From positions 225,928,001 to 225,992,000 of the forward strand of contig OZ024741.1 in the NCBI GenBank assembly GCA_964016885.1: a DNA stretch of 64,000 nucleotides, given 5' to 3'. A program made the translations under genes and the position numbers. The notes under the pieces were generated by a model, which searched no databases, was not told the origin of the DNA, and worked only from the letters and a program-made list of their open reading frames with translations. Origin of the DNA: Eledone cirrhosa. Taxonomy: Eukaryota. Positions 1 through 11,856 of this stretch are shown here, piece by piece. The stretch's first letter is position 1; each line of letters opens with the position of its first letter.

Positions 1-100
1 TAGATACAAAAATTATCCTCTGGGTGACTCTGGATCTCTGGAAAAACACCAAATCAATCGCAATCGGGAGTGATGATTATAGAGTATTTATATATATATA

Positions 101-186
101 TTGTTATACTTGGGGAGGGTCATATTTGTGAAATATTGCCAGATTGTGTAATATTGCCAGATTTCATATAAAAAAAACTCGCAAAA

Positions 187-275
<89 letters not shown>

Positions 276-650
276 ATACTTGGGGAGGGTCATATTGTTG
301 TAATAATATTGCCAGAAATAATAATGGAACACACTCACTGTTTGGTTGGGTTTCGCTTCTGCATCTTTTATATCTCCATAGTTAATTCATTTGGCCAACA
401 ATGTTTATCATTGACTGACCAACGGTCGAAAATACAGATATAAATATATATATATATATAGTATAATAAAGTTCTTTCGTTGCACATCTGCAACATCATC
501 AGTGGTACTATTATCATGTTTCCTCCTATTGTATTGCAATGTATTGTAGTGTCTACGCCATTTTTATTTTATCTTTTTTTTTTTTTTTTTTTTCCCCAAG
601 TATAACAACATTTGTTTCGACATATGATTTCATATCAAAAACCTCGCAAA

Positions 651-655
<5 letters not shown>
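101..655. mobile_element. (TA)n-embedded partial tandem: short 101-190 and long 271-655 versions sharing both ends; probable PLE-derived non-coding element
   Basis: ttgttatacttggggagggtcatatt at 101 and 271; tttcata..aaaa.ctcgcaaaa at ~162 and ~628; hammerhead core inside the long copy. Confidence 0.5.
459..510 (-). ncRNA. Hammerhead ribozyme-like motif with degenerate stem I
   Basis: Minus strand: CTGATGA-t-gttgca-gatg-tgcaac-GAAA; stem II perfect, stems I and III weak. Confidence 0.5.
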
Positions 656-736
<81 letters not shown>

Positions 737-831
737 CTTTAGCCGCATGTAATAAACAGCCGATACCTCTGAATAGCAAGACTCACATTTTAGCCTCAAT
801 AATATTGAATATACGTATATATACATATATA

Positions 832-1177
832 GAGTAGTACCTCCGTTCACGAATTTATTCGGTCCTGAACGCCGTTCGTCACCCGAAATGTTCGTAATGC
901 GGAACTATCTTAACCTTATGAAATGCTGAGAGGGAAATACAGTGAGAGAGAGACTGTATATGAAAGGGAAATAGATATCACCATAGTAACTAACTACAGA
1001 GCAGGTGACGCTTTCCCGCCAATACTCGCAGCTTGTCACCAACCGTTGTCACCAACCGGCTTGCGTGTTCGTTACTCGAGACAGCGTTCGTCAGCCGATA
1101 CGTTTTATGTTCGGAAAGATTGTTCATGAACCGATTTGTTCTTGATGTGTGGCGTTCGTGAACTGAGGTTCAACTAT
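832..1177. mobile_element. pogo/Tigger-like (Tc1/mariner) MITE
   Basis: Imperfect TIRs agtagtacctccgttcacgaa / ttcgtgaactgaggttcaact, TA flanks, repeated subterminal gttcgt motifs. Confidence 0.65.
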
Positions 1178-1440
1178 ATATATATTTAGGCATGTATAAG
1201 AGTGGGGTTGTAAAGGCACATTACTTGCTTCGTGATGCGCAGGTCCACTCAACTGGCAAAAATGGGTTGTGCCACTAATTCAAGCTGAATCTCCCTGAGA
1301 ACTATGTTCAGTTACTTGTAAGTGAATTTTATGAGAATACATTTCAGTTGCTCAAACAACAGGAAAATACATCGTCGGAACCGACAGAGGTCAAGTAGTA
1401 TGTGTCTGTGTACGTATATATATATAGAGAGAGAGAGACA

Positions 1441-1512
<72 letters not shown>

Positions 1513-1515
<3 letters not shown>

Positions 1516-1703
1516 CGAAGGAAATGTGGTAAGGAACCAGGTGGACCATAACGCACCAAAGTACTCAATACTTGAGGTAGTAGAGTGGGTAATAGGAACC
1601 AGTAAGACCCCGACAGCTGAGCTCAAGCCGTTTCGACGGCTAATTCCCGAATTAGCCGTCGAAACGGCTTGAGCTCAGCTGTCGGGGTCTTACTGGTTCC
1701 TAT
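1513..1703 (+). mobile_element. Mini fold-back element, family A (PLE pLTR-derived)
   Basis: Perfect 55-bp inverted repeat (1592-1646/1649-1703); homologues at 6251-6411 and 11692-11856; TA flanks; GAAA-stem III-GTC half hammerhead. Confidence 0.75.
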
Positions 1704-1720
1704 ATATATATATATATATA

Positions 1721-1927
1721 CGTAGGTCCCGGGTTGAGTCAGGGATAACCACAGTAAGTAAGGTACTCAATACATGGCAGAGTAAAATTTTTTTATTTTA
1801 TAGAAGGAGCTTCTACAGGACTAGTACTGTTTCATTCAGATGAAATCTTCAGGAAGCTGGGTCCTGAACATTTCATCTGAATGAAACAGTACCAGTCCTG
1901 TAGAAGCTCCTTCTATAAAATAAAAAA
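1721..1927 (-). mobile_element. Mini fold-back element, family B, carrying a hammerhead
   Basis: ~65-bp near-perfect inverted repeat (~1786-1854 / ~1862-1927), TA flanks. Confidence 0.7.
1808..1857 (-). ncRNA. Type I hammerhead ribozyme
   Basis: agcttc-CTGAAGA-t.ttc.atct.gaa.t-GAAA-cag.tactagtc.ctg-TA-gaagct; GUA triplet, 6-bp stem I. Confidence 0.8.
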
Positions 1928-1980
1928 AATAAAAAATATATATATATAAGATCAAAAGATGGTTAAAGGAGTTCCATATA

Positions 1981-2047
1981 TTTTATTATGCGCATTTCAA
2001 AAACAAACATCATCATGCAATAATATTTGTGTTTTCATCAGATAAAA
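1981..2047 (-). ncRNA. Minimal type I hammerhead ribozyme
   Basis: ttttat-CTGATGA-long stem II-GAAA-tgcgca-TA-ataaaa; palindromic stem III atgcgcat, AUA triplet. Confidence 0.75.
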
Positions 2048-2377
2048 CAGGAGAACATGATATGAAGGCTAAAAAACACTTGTGGATAGTGCAGTTTTAA
2101 ATCAACATTTTTAAATCAACAGTTCTAAATCAACAATAAAACTCACCTCCTACATATATATATGTGTGTGTGTAGTAAGAACATATTCGACGAAGAGTTG
2201 ATGCAGTTTCTGCTTGTGACTTCTTTAGAAAATGTTCAGAAATCATCTCTGGTTTCCTTCAGGTTTCTATAAGGCTCATAAAGCTGCAAACTCTGCTTAG
2301 TGTCTCCATTTCACTTCCTGTCTACGTTCATTTCTTTTCTGCTGGTCTCTTTAAATATATACGCACGTACGTTTGTT

Positions 2378-2408
2378 ATGTATGCATATGTATGCATATG
2401 TATGTATG

Positions 2409-2442
<34 letters not shown>

Positions 2443-2496
2443 TGTATGTATGTATGTATGTATGTATGTATGTATGTATGTATGTATGTATGTATG
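2378..2496. repeat. (TATG)n microsatellite
   Basis: Direct reading. Confidence 0.95.
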
Positions 2497-2954
2497 AGCT
2501 CTTAAGAGTCAACAGCCACCCAAAATCACCGGGAGAGATGACCCCTTAGCCTTTGTCAAGGCAGAATTCTAGGAGAAGGAAAACTCTGATATAACACCTG
2601 CAACCCTGATGGTATCCAATGATGTTGACTTGTTCTTCTTTTTGGTAAATATCATCTTGGTTAAGAGAGTGGGACAGGCTTTGTGCAGTGCCTTTGCTCA
2701 CTATAAAAGCTTCACGGCACAGGCATTGCTTTATATCTGTAAATCTCTCTGCACTTGTCGTCACATGGTACCATGGGCCCAGCACTATGTGTCAATAATT
2801 GTCACAAGTGTAGTGTTTGTACCAGAGTTTTCGGGTCGCTGGCTGGATTCAAAAGTCACACTCGTTCAGCGCATCGGTAGGGGTTCTCCTACATGGATAT
2901 AAAGTAGTGGCCGTACTCGAAAATGAGTTGACAGCCACCATGTATGTATGTATG
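2497..2954 (+). mobile_element. RTE-related non-autonomous element with TATG tail
   Basis: Similar to 3209-3580 (tagcctttgtca.ggca, tgatgttga); ends ggccgtactcga...cagccaccatgtatg. Confidence 0.6.
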
Positions 2955-3104
2955 TTGCGTCGTCGGCGAATAAAGCTGTAACCCCACCAAGTTTACTTAG
3001 TGAGGAGGGTAAGTGTGGACACCCTGCAGTACAAAAAAGCAAAACCTGACAAAGGGTGGAAGAAATCATCCAAAATTGTGTAAATATGTATATACATGTA
3101 TGCT

Positions 3105-3181
<77 letters not shown>

Positions 3182-3208
3182 ATATACATGTATGCATGTG
3201 TATGTATG

Positions 3209-3590
3209 TGCGCGGGGACATATAAATAATCGGACTGGATGCTCGATCGTGCGGTTAAACCACCGGGATTGAAGGATCTCCTAGCCTTTGTCAGGGCATT
3301 CTTCTCGGAGAAGGCAACCCAGGAAATTGGGATAACGCCGACATAAAATCTGCGGCTCAGTAGTTACCAATGATGTTGATCTTTTCTTCTTTCCGGGTTA
3401 CAGCTACTGTCGCTCAGAGAGTGGGATTGGCTCAGTGCACAGTCTTTCCTCATTTAAAAAAAATCTTCACGCACAGGCGTCGCACGATAGCATTAATTGA
3501 TAATTATTAATAATGGTATATCGTACAATGGCCATACTCAATAACGAGGGAGCAGCCATCATGTATGCATGTATGTACGTACGTATGTAT
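3209..3590 (+). mobile_element. Non-autonomous RTE-tailed element (copies at ~19012-19300 and 19566-19920)
   Basis: Colinear with 19566-19915; shares the caatggccatactc.ataacgagg..gcagccatc(atgt)n tail with the RTE at 3597-4560. Confidence 0.75.
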
Positions 3591-3596
3591 GTATAT

Positions 3597-4560
3597 ATTT
3601 CCATCAGATGTGTCTCAGACGGATCCATGGCGTTCACTGGAGGGACCACATCAGTGATGTCGAGATTTTGGAAAGCTCTATGTGTGACAGTATAGAAGCT
3701 CTTGTGCTTAAGCAACGACTCCGTTGGAGTGGTCACCTTGCCAGGATGAAGGATTCTAGAATACCAAAACAACTCTTATATGGAGAGTTGGTTAAAGGAA
3801 AACGACCGCCACATAAACCAAAAAAGAGGTATAAGGATTCCTTGAAAGCCCCTTTGAAAGACGCTAACATCTCTGCTGATACATGGGAAAATGTTGCTGC
3901 TGATCGTAATAAATGGAGAAAGACTGTATATGAAGGTAAAGTTGCCTTTGAGGCATCTCGAATCGCATACGAGAGAGTAAAGCGGGATGTGAGGAAGGGC
4001 ATTGCTGTTGCACTTCCAGACGGCGAGGGTCCACCTATGGTGCTGACATGCAGCGTATGTGCGAGACTCTGCCTAAGCAAAGTTGGACTCGAAAGTCATC
4101 TTCGCAGTCATAAAGTAAGACCAGTGGTTGACTACCAGACTGCTGTTGGAGATGCTACTCATCATGCTTGCCAAGCATGTGGTAGAGAATGTAAATCAGC
4201 AGGAGGGCTCAAGCGACATGCAAAAGTACATGAACTCCAACCACAGCCGAGTATTCCCAGTGAATGTTTTGGTTGCCAACTCTGTGCAAGACATTTTAGA
4301 TCTTTGGCTGGGCTAAAAAGCCACATTCGATCGCAGCGCTGTTAATTGCTATCGTGTGTGTATAGATATGTTTATGTGTGTGCGTGTGGGTGTATATATA
4401 TATATGTATATTATTATTGTTGTTGTTGTCGTTATTATTATTGTTATTATTGTTATTAATATATAAATATATATATATATATATTTTTTTTTTACTCGTG
4501 CAATGGCCATACTCGATAACGAGGGGGCAGCCATCATGTATATATGAATGCATATATGTA
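3597..4560 (+). mobile_element. 5'-truncated RTE-clade LINE; ORF remnant to 4345 ends in three C2H2-type zinc fingers
   Basis: HQMCLRRI..W.D.IS..EIL, QRLRWSGHLARM..RIPKQLLYGEL..GKR...KKRYKDSLK RTE motifs; CxxC-x12-HxxxH twice plus one variant; the N-terminal MYV repeats are microsatellite. Confidence 0.9.
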
Positions 4561-5399
4561 TGTATGTATGACTGTATCAATTTATGTATGTATGTATTAA
4601 TTGGTTGCACATTCAATGTTGGGGCGTAGAATGTAGGAATTTATTTTCGTAATAGAAAAGTGGTAATGACATCGAAGTTTCAGCTTGATCGCTTCTTATA
4701 TATAATATACACACATTTTATCCACATTCATATGTGCATATGTGCCTGTAGCATATGTGCATATGTGCCTGTGTATTGAGTAAGAGTGTGTATTTATGAT
4801 ACTATGTGTCATATAATAATACAATATTGGTTTTCACTTATGCCCCACAGGTGTTTCAAATACATTACTTTATTGCATCTAATAACAACAATTCCGCTAA
4901 CTCCTGGAATGATTTATAAAACGACATGATGACATATGCTAAATGTTCCGTAAACTTACATATATTCATCCAACTAGATTTTCTGTATGCCAAACGTTCA
5001 GTTTTCTTCAAGCTTGGCAGACTCTAGAGTGTCTATGTGTTTTCCCCTCCTCTTATTAACACGATCGCACATATATGTGCCATATATTTTTCTTCCACTT
5101 TACTACCATAATACTGTAGATCTATCATATAGCTAACATACACACGAGAAAAAAAAAATAAAGCAAAACAAAGAACAAGAATGAAAACGTTATCTTATTT
5201 ATTGCAATAAGTTGAATATTCTGCACCAATGAAATAGCAAGAGAAATTGTAACAGAAGACATATTTAGTTGAGTAAAAACACTACAGCATATTTGTTTTA
5301 AAGGTTAACAGTTTTTTTTTTATTTTAGTTCTTTTTGAATGCACAGGAAATTGGCCTAGGTGGTAGTATAGCCGATCACCAAATGCAAGATTGGTCGTT

Positions 5400-5740
5400 A
5401 GACTAGAGTTTGTCAACATGATAACAATAATCGTTTTGTAAAGTTTGATTGTGGCTAGAATGTCTAAGGAAAGTAACGTTGGCAGAATTTACGTGCAAAG
5501 TCAACTGGCAGGAGACCATGAGGTGGTCGAGGAGCAAATTGTGGGAATAACATTCATGAGCCCGTTTTGTTTCGATTCGGGATCCAGCTGGATCAACTGC
5601 TAGTGGTTGGTTTTGATAGAAGCTTCTAGAAGGTGTGCCTGAGAATTCTGCCTCCACGGCCCTCCCAGCAATAGCTGGGTAAAGAAGAAGAAGAAGAAGA
5701 AGAAGAAGAAGAAGAAGAAGAAGAAGAAGAAGAAGAAGAA
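5400..5740 (+). mobile_element. Degenerate LINE 3' end with (GAA)n tail
   Basis: 3' end similar to 61410-61522; tgggtaaa(gaa)n tail. Confidence 0.55.
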
Positions 5741-6151
5741 ATATGATATTTTAAACTTTTTCCTGTTTTTATCGTTTAGTCAGGAATAGGAACAGCACTC
5801 ATAATCAATTTTAGGGCCACTGGCACTAGTGGAGAAGAAGGAGTGAAGAGAGAGGGAAGTATTCAGAAACCGGAAATCTCCGAACACTTGCAATATACTG
5901 AACTTCACTAAAAGTACCCAAGGTAGTTTGAAACTGGGTGAAGTATTAAGCCAGGAGACACACGTACATTTTCCTGTCATTTCTTTCTAGTGATACCATC
6001 TCACATTCATCTTACCTGGCATTACAGTTGAAATATCAACTTAATGTGCGGAATTTCACGCCAGTATGTGGTCGATGAGGTAGTCACCTAATTGTTTGTT
6101 CGTCATATTTAAGTGATATTGTGTGTGCTTTTTTGGCTGATGCACACACAG

Positions 6152-6411
<260 letters not shown>

Positions 6412-6732
6412 TATATATAGAGAGAGAGAGAAAGAGAGAAAGAGAAAGAAAAGGTGAAGTTGGAAATAGCACGGAAATATAGTCTAGGGTCTGTTTTTCT
6501 TTTTTGTCCATTCTTTGATTCGTCAAAGTGACACTATTGAAAAAATGAGAGGGACAGTTCTTTTAAAAAAGAGTTTTATTATGTATATAAAGTATTCCCA
6601 ATTTCGTTGTGTTATTAAAATTCATGTTATCAAATGTTGAGTATTACAATTAAAAAGAATTAAAAGAGTTAAAAACTAAAAGTTAAAGATATATATATAA
6701 GTATATACATATATATTTATTAAAATAACAGA

Positions 6733-6824
6733 TTAAAGTTTAAGCAAAGAATCGTTGCTTGCACCCTTAACGGGATCTTCTTATCGAGCCCTCTTTGGAT
6801 TTTAGTCTTCAAATTTATTATTAT

Positions 6825-6829
<5 letters not shown>
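6733..6829. mobile_element. Inverted-junction pLTR remnant of the PLE at 15293-18728
   Basis: 6733-6780 matches 15295-15341; 6781-6829 matches 18680-18728; followed by a long (TA)n. Confidence 0.85.
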
Positions 6830-6921
<92 letters not shown>

Positions 6922-7712
6922 CAAATATTTAAATTGATATGAATGTGTGAAGGTGTCGTGAACGGAAGTGTGAGGAAATATCCGTTAAAATGTGTGCACG
7001 AAGGTGTGCTTTGCATTTTTCACATACTGTATGTATTCATACAATAGATATTATTCACAAATGTTATTTTTCATCTTGAATTTGTAGAGTATCCGAAAAA
7101 ATTTGTTAATCTATTTGAATAGTTTATATGGAACAGAAAGTATTTCTAAGTGTGATGGAGTATTATAACAACAACTAAAACGACAGCAAACCAAAAGGAA
7201 AACCAAGAGCAAGCAAAACAGTTTGGAATGTGAATCTATAATATACTGGGTATAATCACGCTATTATTCAGAAGTTTGCATTCTAAACTCTTGACACAAG
7301 GGGTGAACGTTTAACGTAATTGATATATATCACCTAACCTACTTATGTAATTTATATACATACATATGCACCTATATGTATATCTTTAACGAAGGGTATT
7401 TTTAGTAAGAAGTAGTTATTGTTAGATGAGGTAACAAGGTTATTAGATGAAATAACAAGAATAGCTATTTACTTCATGTATAAAGGTTTACTTTACTTGG
7501 GTCAAAAGGAAGAATAAACATGAGTCAAAAAGAACAATAATCAAGTTACCACGAGTTGCGAAGGTTGACAATGTTATTTTGTTTTTGATGTGAAAACAAC
7601 GAGCGACCAGATAAAGTTTGTTGGTGGTTGCAGTCCGTGGTAGTAGTTCTCGTCGTGATTCTGGTTTAGTCTGCGACCAGGAGAGAAAAAGGTAGTAATG
7701 GTCTGTAATTGA

Positions 7713-7872
7713 CTGTAGACCATTGGGGCCTGTAGATAGCGAGGAATCTTTACATAGCTGGTCTGTATCGTAGTTCTCCGATATCTCTGTATTTCTGTAG
7801 ACCACTGGGGCCTGAAGGTAGAGGTGAATCTTTACATAGCTTGTTGCTAGCGTAATGCTCCGATCTCTGTGT
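7713..7872. repeat. Two ~80-bp imperfect tandem copies
   Basis: ctgtagacca.tggggcctg.ag.tag...gaatctttacatagct occurs twice. Confidence 0.7.
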
Positions 7873-8269
7873 CTAAGGTGGGAAAATATAGGCTTTATAT
7901 ACCTGTCGATTTCTGTCGCCCACGCATGAACCTGTTCACACCAAAAGGGTGGTGACCTAGAATTTGACTTTTAGGTGTCACCCAAGGTTCAAGGCGTGGA
8001 CATATTTCGCTACATATCTGCATACTTACATCGAGATACAGATATTCGTTTTCGTATACAAAACTCATATATTTGTATTAATATATAAAAATGTATGTAC
8101 GTGTATACGCCCCCCTCTCTCTCTCTCACACACATATATATATTATATACTGCGTTGATTCTTGGTTCAGACAGATTCAAGCTGAAATATAGAGTGTAGT
8201 AGAGGAGAAGAATATGTAATCACATTCAGGCCTACATGAATTGCAAGACGACACACATACTCCTAACTT

Positions 8270-8316
<47 letters not shown>

Positions 8317-8535
8317 CACAAAATGATATAGTACTATGAATATATGCATTAGTTTAACACTTGATATAGATGGAAAAACTCTAAATTTTCTGAACGTTAC
8401 CTTCCTGGTTAGATAAATATACTGTATGCCTAATGATGCATTACTCTCTCCGTTTGGCAAACTTGCTCAATGTCTTCTTAAATGTAACAGTATGTATACC
8501 ACACATACAAATATCCACACACACACGCACATAGG

Positions 8536-8581
<46 letters not shown>

Positions 8582-9173
8582 GTGTGTGTGTGGGTGTGGG
8601 TGTATGTGTGTGTGTGCGTACTTATTTGTCAACGAAAACTGAGAGTGAGTGAGGTAAAGTAAAGGTAAGTTATACTATAGGAAGCGAAAAACTTTAGTAC
8701 AAAATTCTAATTAACCAACCATCACAAAAAATGCTCAAAGCATCGATTGCTGAGAGAAAATATTTATTAAAATTGATGATACAGGTAAAGCTTGATAAAA
8801 GTCTAACCGGGATTTCAAAAAAGCATTGAGAGGAAAGCAATTAATTGTGAATAAATAAATGAATGTGAAAGACAAAGAGACGTAGCCTAGATGAGGCTGG
8901 GGAACAGATTGATTGAGAAGTAGTATGTTCCATATATGGAATGTGTGATAGACTGTGTAAATTAAATTTAATTTGGTGGTAAGATAGGTTGAAAAAAAAC
9001 TGGTAGTGGGGATCGTCATGGAAAAATAATTATTACCTTGAGGTCACAAATATTAATATTTCCTTAGTTCTTCTTTTAGCTTGTGTAACTTAATTTAACT
9101 TTTTGGATCTAATTATTAAGCAACTATTCTTAGCCAAAATATATCGAGTTCTCCTGTACTTGTTTACGAATAT

Positions 9174-9258
9174 AGGTGCAGGCGTGGCTGTGTGACTTCA
9201 CAACCATGCGGCTTCTCGTTCAGTCCCACTGCGCAGCATGATTGGCAAGAGTCTTCAG
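9174..9258 (+). mobile_element. OR-type SINE 5' fragment
   Basis: ggtgcaggcgtggctgtgtg...gttcagtcccactgcg head, recalled similarity to octopod OR SINEs. Confidence 0.55.
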
Positions 9259-9274
9259 TATGTTTAGCTTCTTA

Positions 9275-9560
9275 TATAGAAAACTTTTCCCGCCCATTCT
9301 ACTTACATACCTTAAAGTTCCTCAACAAGAATTGCTCAGACAATGTGGATGCGCTTTAGTCGGTGTTTCTAAAACTTATTCTGACCACTGTAGTGGTGGG
9401 AATCCACAGTTATTTCCCCCAAAGCACTATTCTCGGAACTCAGCTTTCCTCATATGTCTAGCCATGAATGTGCTTCGTCATCATTGTTTGTACGCAGGAT
9501 GCACGCGGTTGAGAATTTCAGTATGAGGAATTTCGTTCGACCACGTGATGTGTGTGATAC
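9275..9560 (-). mobile_element. Highly decayed RTE LINE fragment
   Basis: Reverse translation ITWSNEIPHTEILNRV resembles the RTE post-RT region; many frameshifts. Confidence 0.45.
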
Positions 9561-10099
9561 CCGGGCACTGCCACCCGTAACGCGGGGGTAAATAGCCTCC
9601 ATTGTCCTCGGTCTCTAAACTATTCTTTTCCTCCGCAAAATTGGGATTAGTGAACCCCGCGAAATAAAGTGACTGATAAAGTGAGTATCATTGGCTGTTT
9701 TCCACTTCAATGCCTTAGGTATTTTTCCCGCAGAGTGTAGCTTAGCTATACCGCCCAGACTGGAGTGTAAAATCTTCCACTCCCTCTCTCCTTTCAACTT
9801 CTTTCTTCATTTAATATTTTCCTCTCTCTTTTTCGTCCTTTTTATATGCAAACTTTATATAATCCAACTAAAATGTTGTTGAATATAATTAAACACCTCA
9901 AAATAAAAAGTTTATAGCGTAGAGATGTCAATAAATATAAATAAATATCTCGGGATATTTTGACCATCACTATTTATATTAATTTGTAACATTTGCACAA
10001 GGCTACATGTTTTGGAACCGTGAATCTAAAGCAAGGTTGATGAATGCATTACGATTCTCCGTTACAATTCTAGACTTTCATTATTTTATTGACAAAAAT

Positions 10100-10320
10100 G
10101 GCGGTGGATTGGCAATATTGGTAGAGGATAGGATGCCATGCTTTGCAGCATAGAGTTACGGCCCTTTATGAGCTGATTTCAAATTCCGCCGAGGTTAACT
10201 TTGCCTTTCATCCTTACGAGGTCGATAAAATAAAGTACAGGTCACACACTGGAGTCGATTTAATCGACTTTCCCCTCCCCCAAAATTGCTGGCCTTGTAC
10301 CTATATACGAAACAATTATT
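10100..10320 (+). mobile_element. tRNA-derived SINE (OK-like), long subtype
   Basis: A-box tggcaatattgg, degenerate B-box, core gccgaggttaactttgcctttcatcc, gaaacaatta tail. Confidence 0.85.
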
Positions 10321-10443
10321 GTCTCAACCACAGAAAAAAAAAGTATTTGAAGACATTGTCAACCCTAGTAAGAGTTGAACTGTGAATCTAAAGCAAGGTT
10401 GTTGAATGCATCACGATTCTCCGTTACAATTCTAGGCTTTCAT

Positions 10444-10632
10444 GGTGGATTGGCAGTATCGGTAGAGGGTCGGACGCCATGCTTTGACTCATAGAGTTAC
10501 GGTCTTTGCCATTCTGAGTTCAAATCCCGCCGAGGTCAACTTTGCCTTTCATCCTTACGGGGAAGATAAAATAAAATACCAGTAATGCACTAGGTAATTG
10601 CTGGCTTTGTGCCAAAAATAGAAACAATTATT
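10444..10632 (+). mobile_element. tRNA-derived SINE, short subtype
   Basis: Same family; A-box tggcagtatcgg, B-box gagttcaaatcc. Confidence 0.9.
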
Positions 10633-11691
10633 TTATTGACAAATGTTCAAGTTGATATTTCATTCGCTTTCTGACACTTATTGTATTTATTGCCAAATAA
10701 TGGCTTTAACTTTATTAGTAACATAACAACAATTTCTGTTTCATTGAAGTTACTTTTATTGATATTATTACTGCTGATATTAACATGGTTACTATTGTTA
10801 TTGCTGTCATTCTTGTTGATTTTGTTAGTTCGACTAATTTTGTTTATCATCAGCATTGTTTGCTGTTACTGATGTTGTTACTTTTGATGTCTATAGTTCA
10901 TTGTGTGTCACCCTTGTTTCTATTGTTGTTGTCATTATGAATTTTGATTTTCCATGTTTTCTTGTTGCTTATGTTTATTGTAGATATTTATATATCAATA
11001 ATTAGTTTAATGTCTGTCGTGACATCGTAGCATGAATTTCATTCTCTGCACTTTCAACCTCTCTTTCTAACTTAATATTCTTCTAGTTTATAATTTACAT
11101 TACAAAAGCAGTGTCGATCATCATACGTATCTTCTGTTGAAAACCACATTAAACCTAACATCGAAGGTTGCGACGCAAGAAAGAAACAATTCTATTTGTA
11201 ACGCAATTACTACGAACAACATGCTCACGGTATTTCATAGAAAACAATTGGTTTTTAAAAGACTCCTATAAACCTTTGTTTAGTGTACTTCTTTTCATTG
11301 TTTTTTTTATATATATTTTTTCCAATTTTTGCTTTCTTTCGTGAATGTCGAAAATCGTTTGCAGTTTCCCTAAACTTTCTTTTTTCTGTTTTGAAATTAG
11401 TTTCTTCAAAACTATTTCCTGTTCTTCATTCTTGGCATAGCTGAATTCTTCTCGAAATTTGAAATGAACGAAAGGCGGTAAAACTGGAATAAATGCAGTA
11501 CAACGCTTCAAAAATTTGCAAAATTCAAACTTTACTACGGTAGATTCTTTTTAATCCACCAAGACCCAGCCAGATGAAGTGACTCATTTGAAACTTTTCC
11601 TTTTTTGCTTTCGAGGTCGATAATAAAGTACCTACGATTCCATCATGACTTACGGGACAATACCATACATATGCATATATATATATATATA

Positions 11692-11856
11692 TAGGAAAAA
11701 TATTGACCCCGACGGCAGAGCTTAAGCCGTTTCGACGGCTATTTCTAGACTGTCGTCGGGATCAAACTTTTTCCTATTAGCCACTCTACTACCCTAAGCA
11801 TTGAGTACTCTGCTGCGTTATGGTACATCTGGTTCCTTACCACACCTCCTTCGTTA
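11692..11856 (-). mobile_element. Mini element family A, copy 3
   Basis: Reverse complement aligns to 1513-1703; hammerhead-like tgatcc-cgacga...GAAA-cggc..gccg-TC-ggggtca. Confidence 0.8.

Noticed and set aside
120-850. ORFs with [16 protein letters not shown] runs, here and throughout
   Set aside because: Translations of (TA)n, (CA)n and (TATG)n microsatellites
11266-11511. Lys-rich 81-aa ORF
   Set aside because: No recognisable motif; AT-rich chance ORF or unidentifiable decayed element
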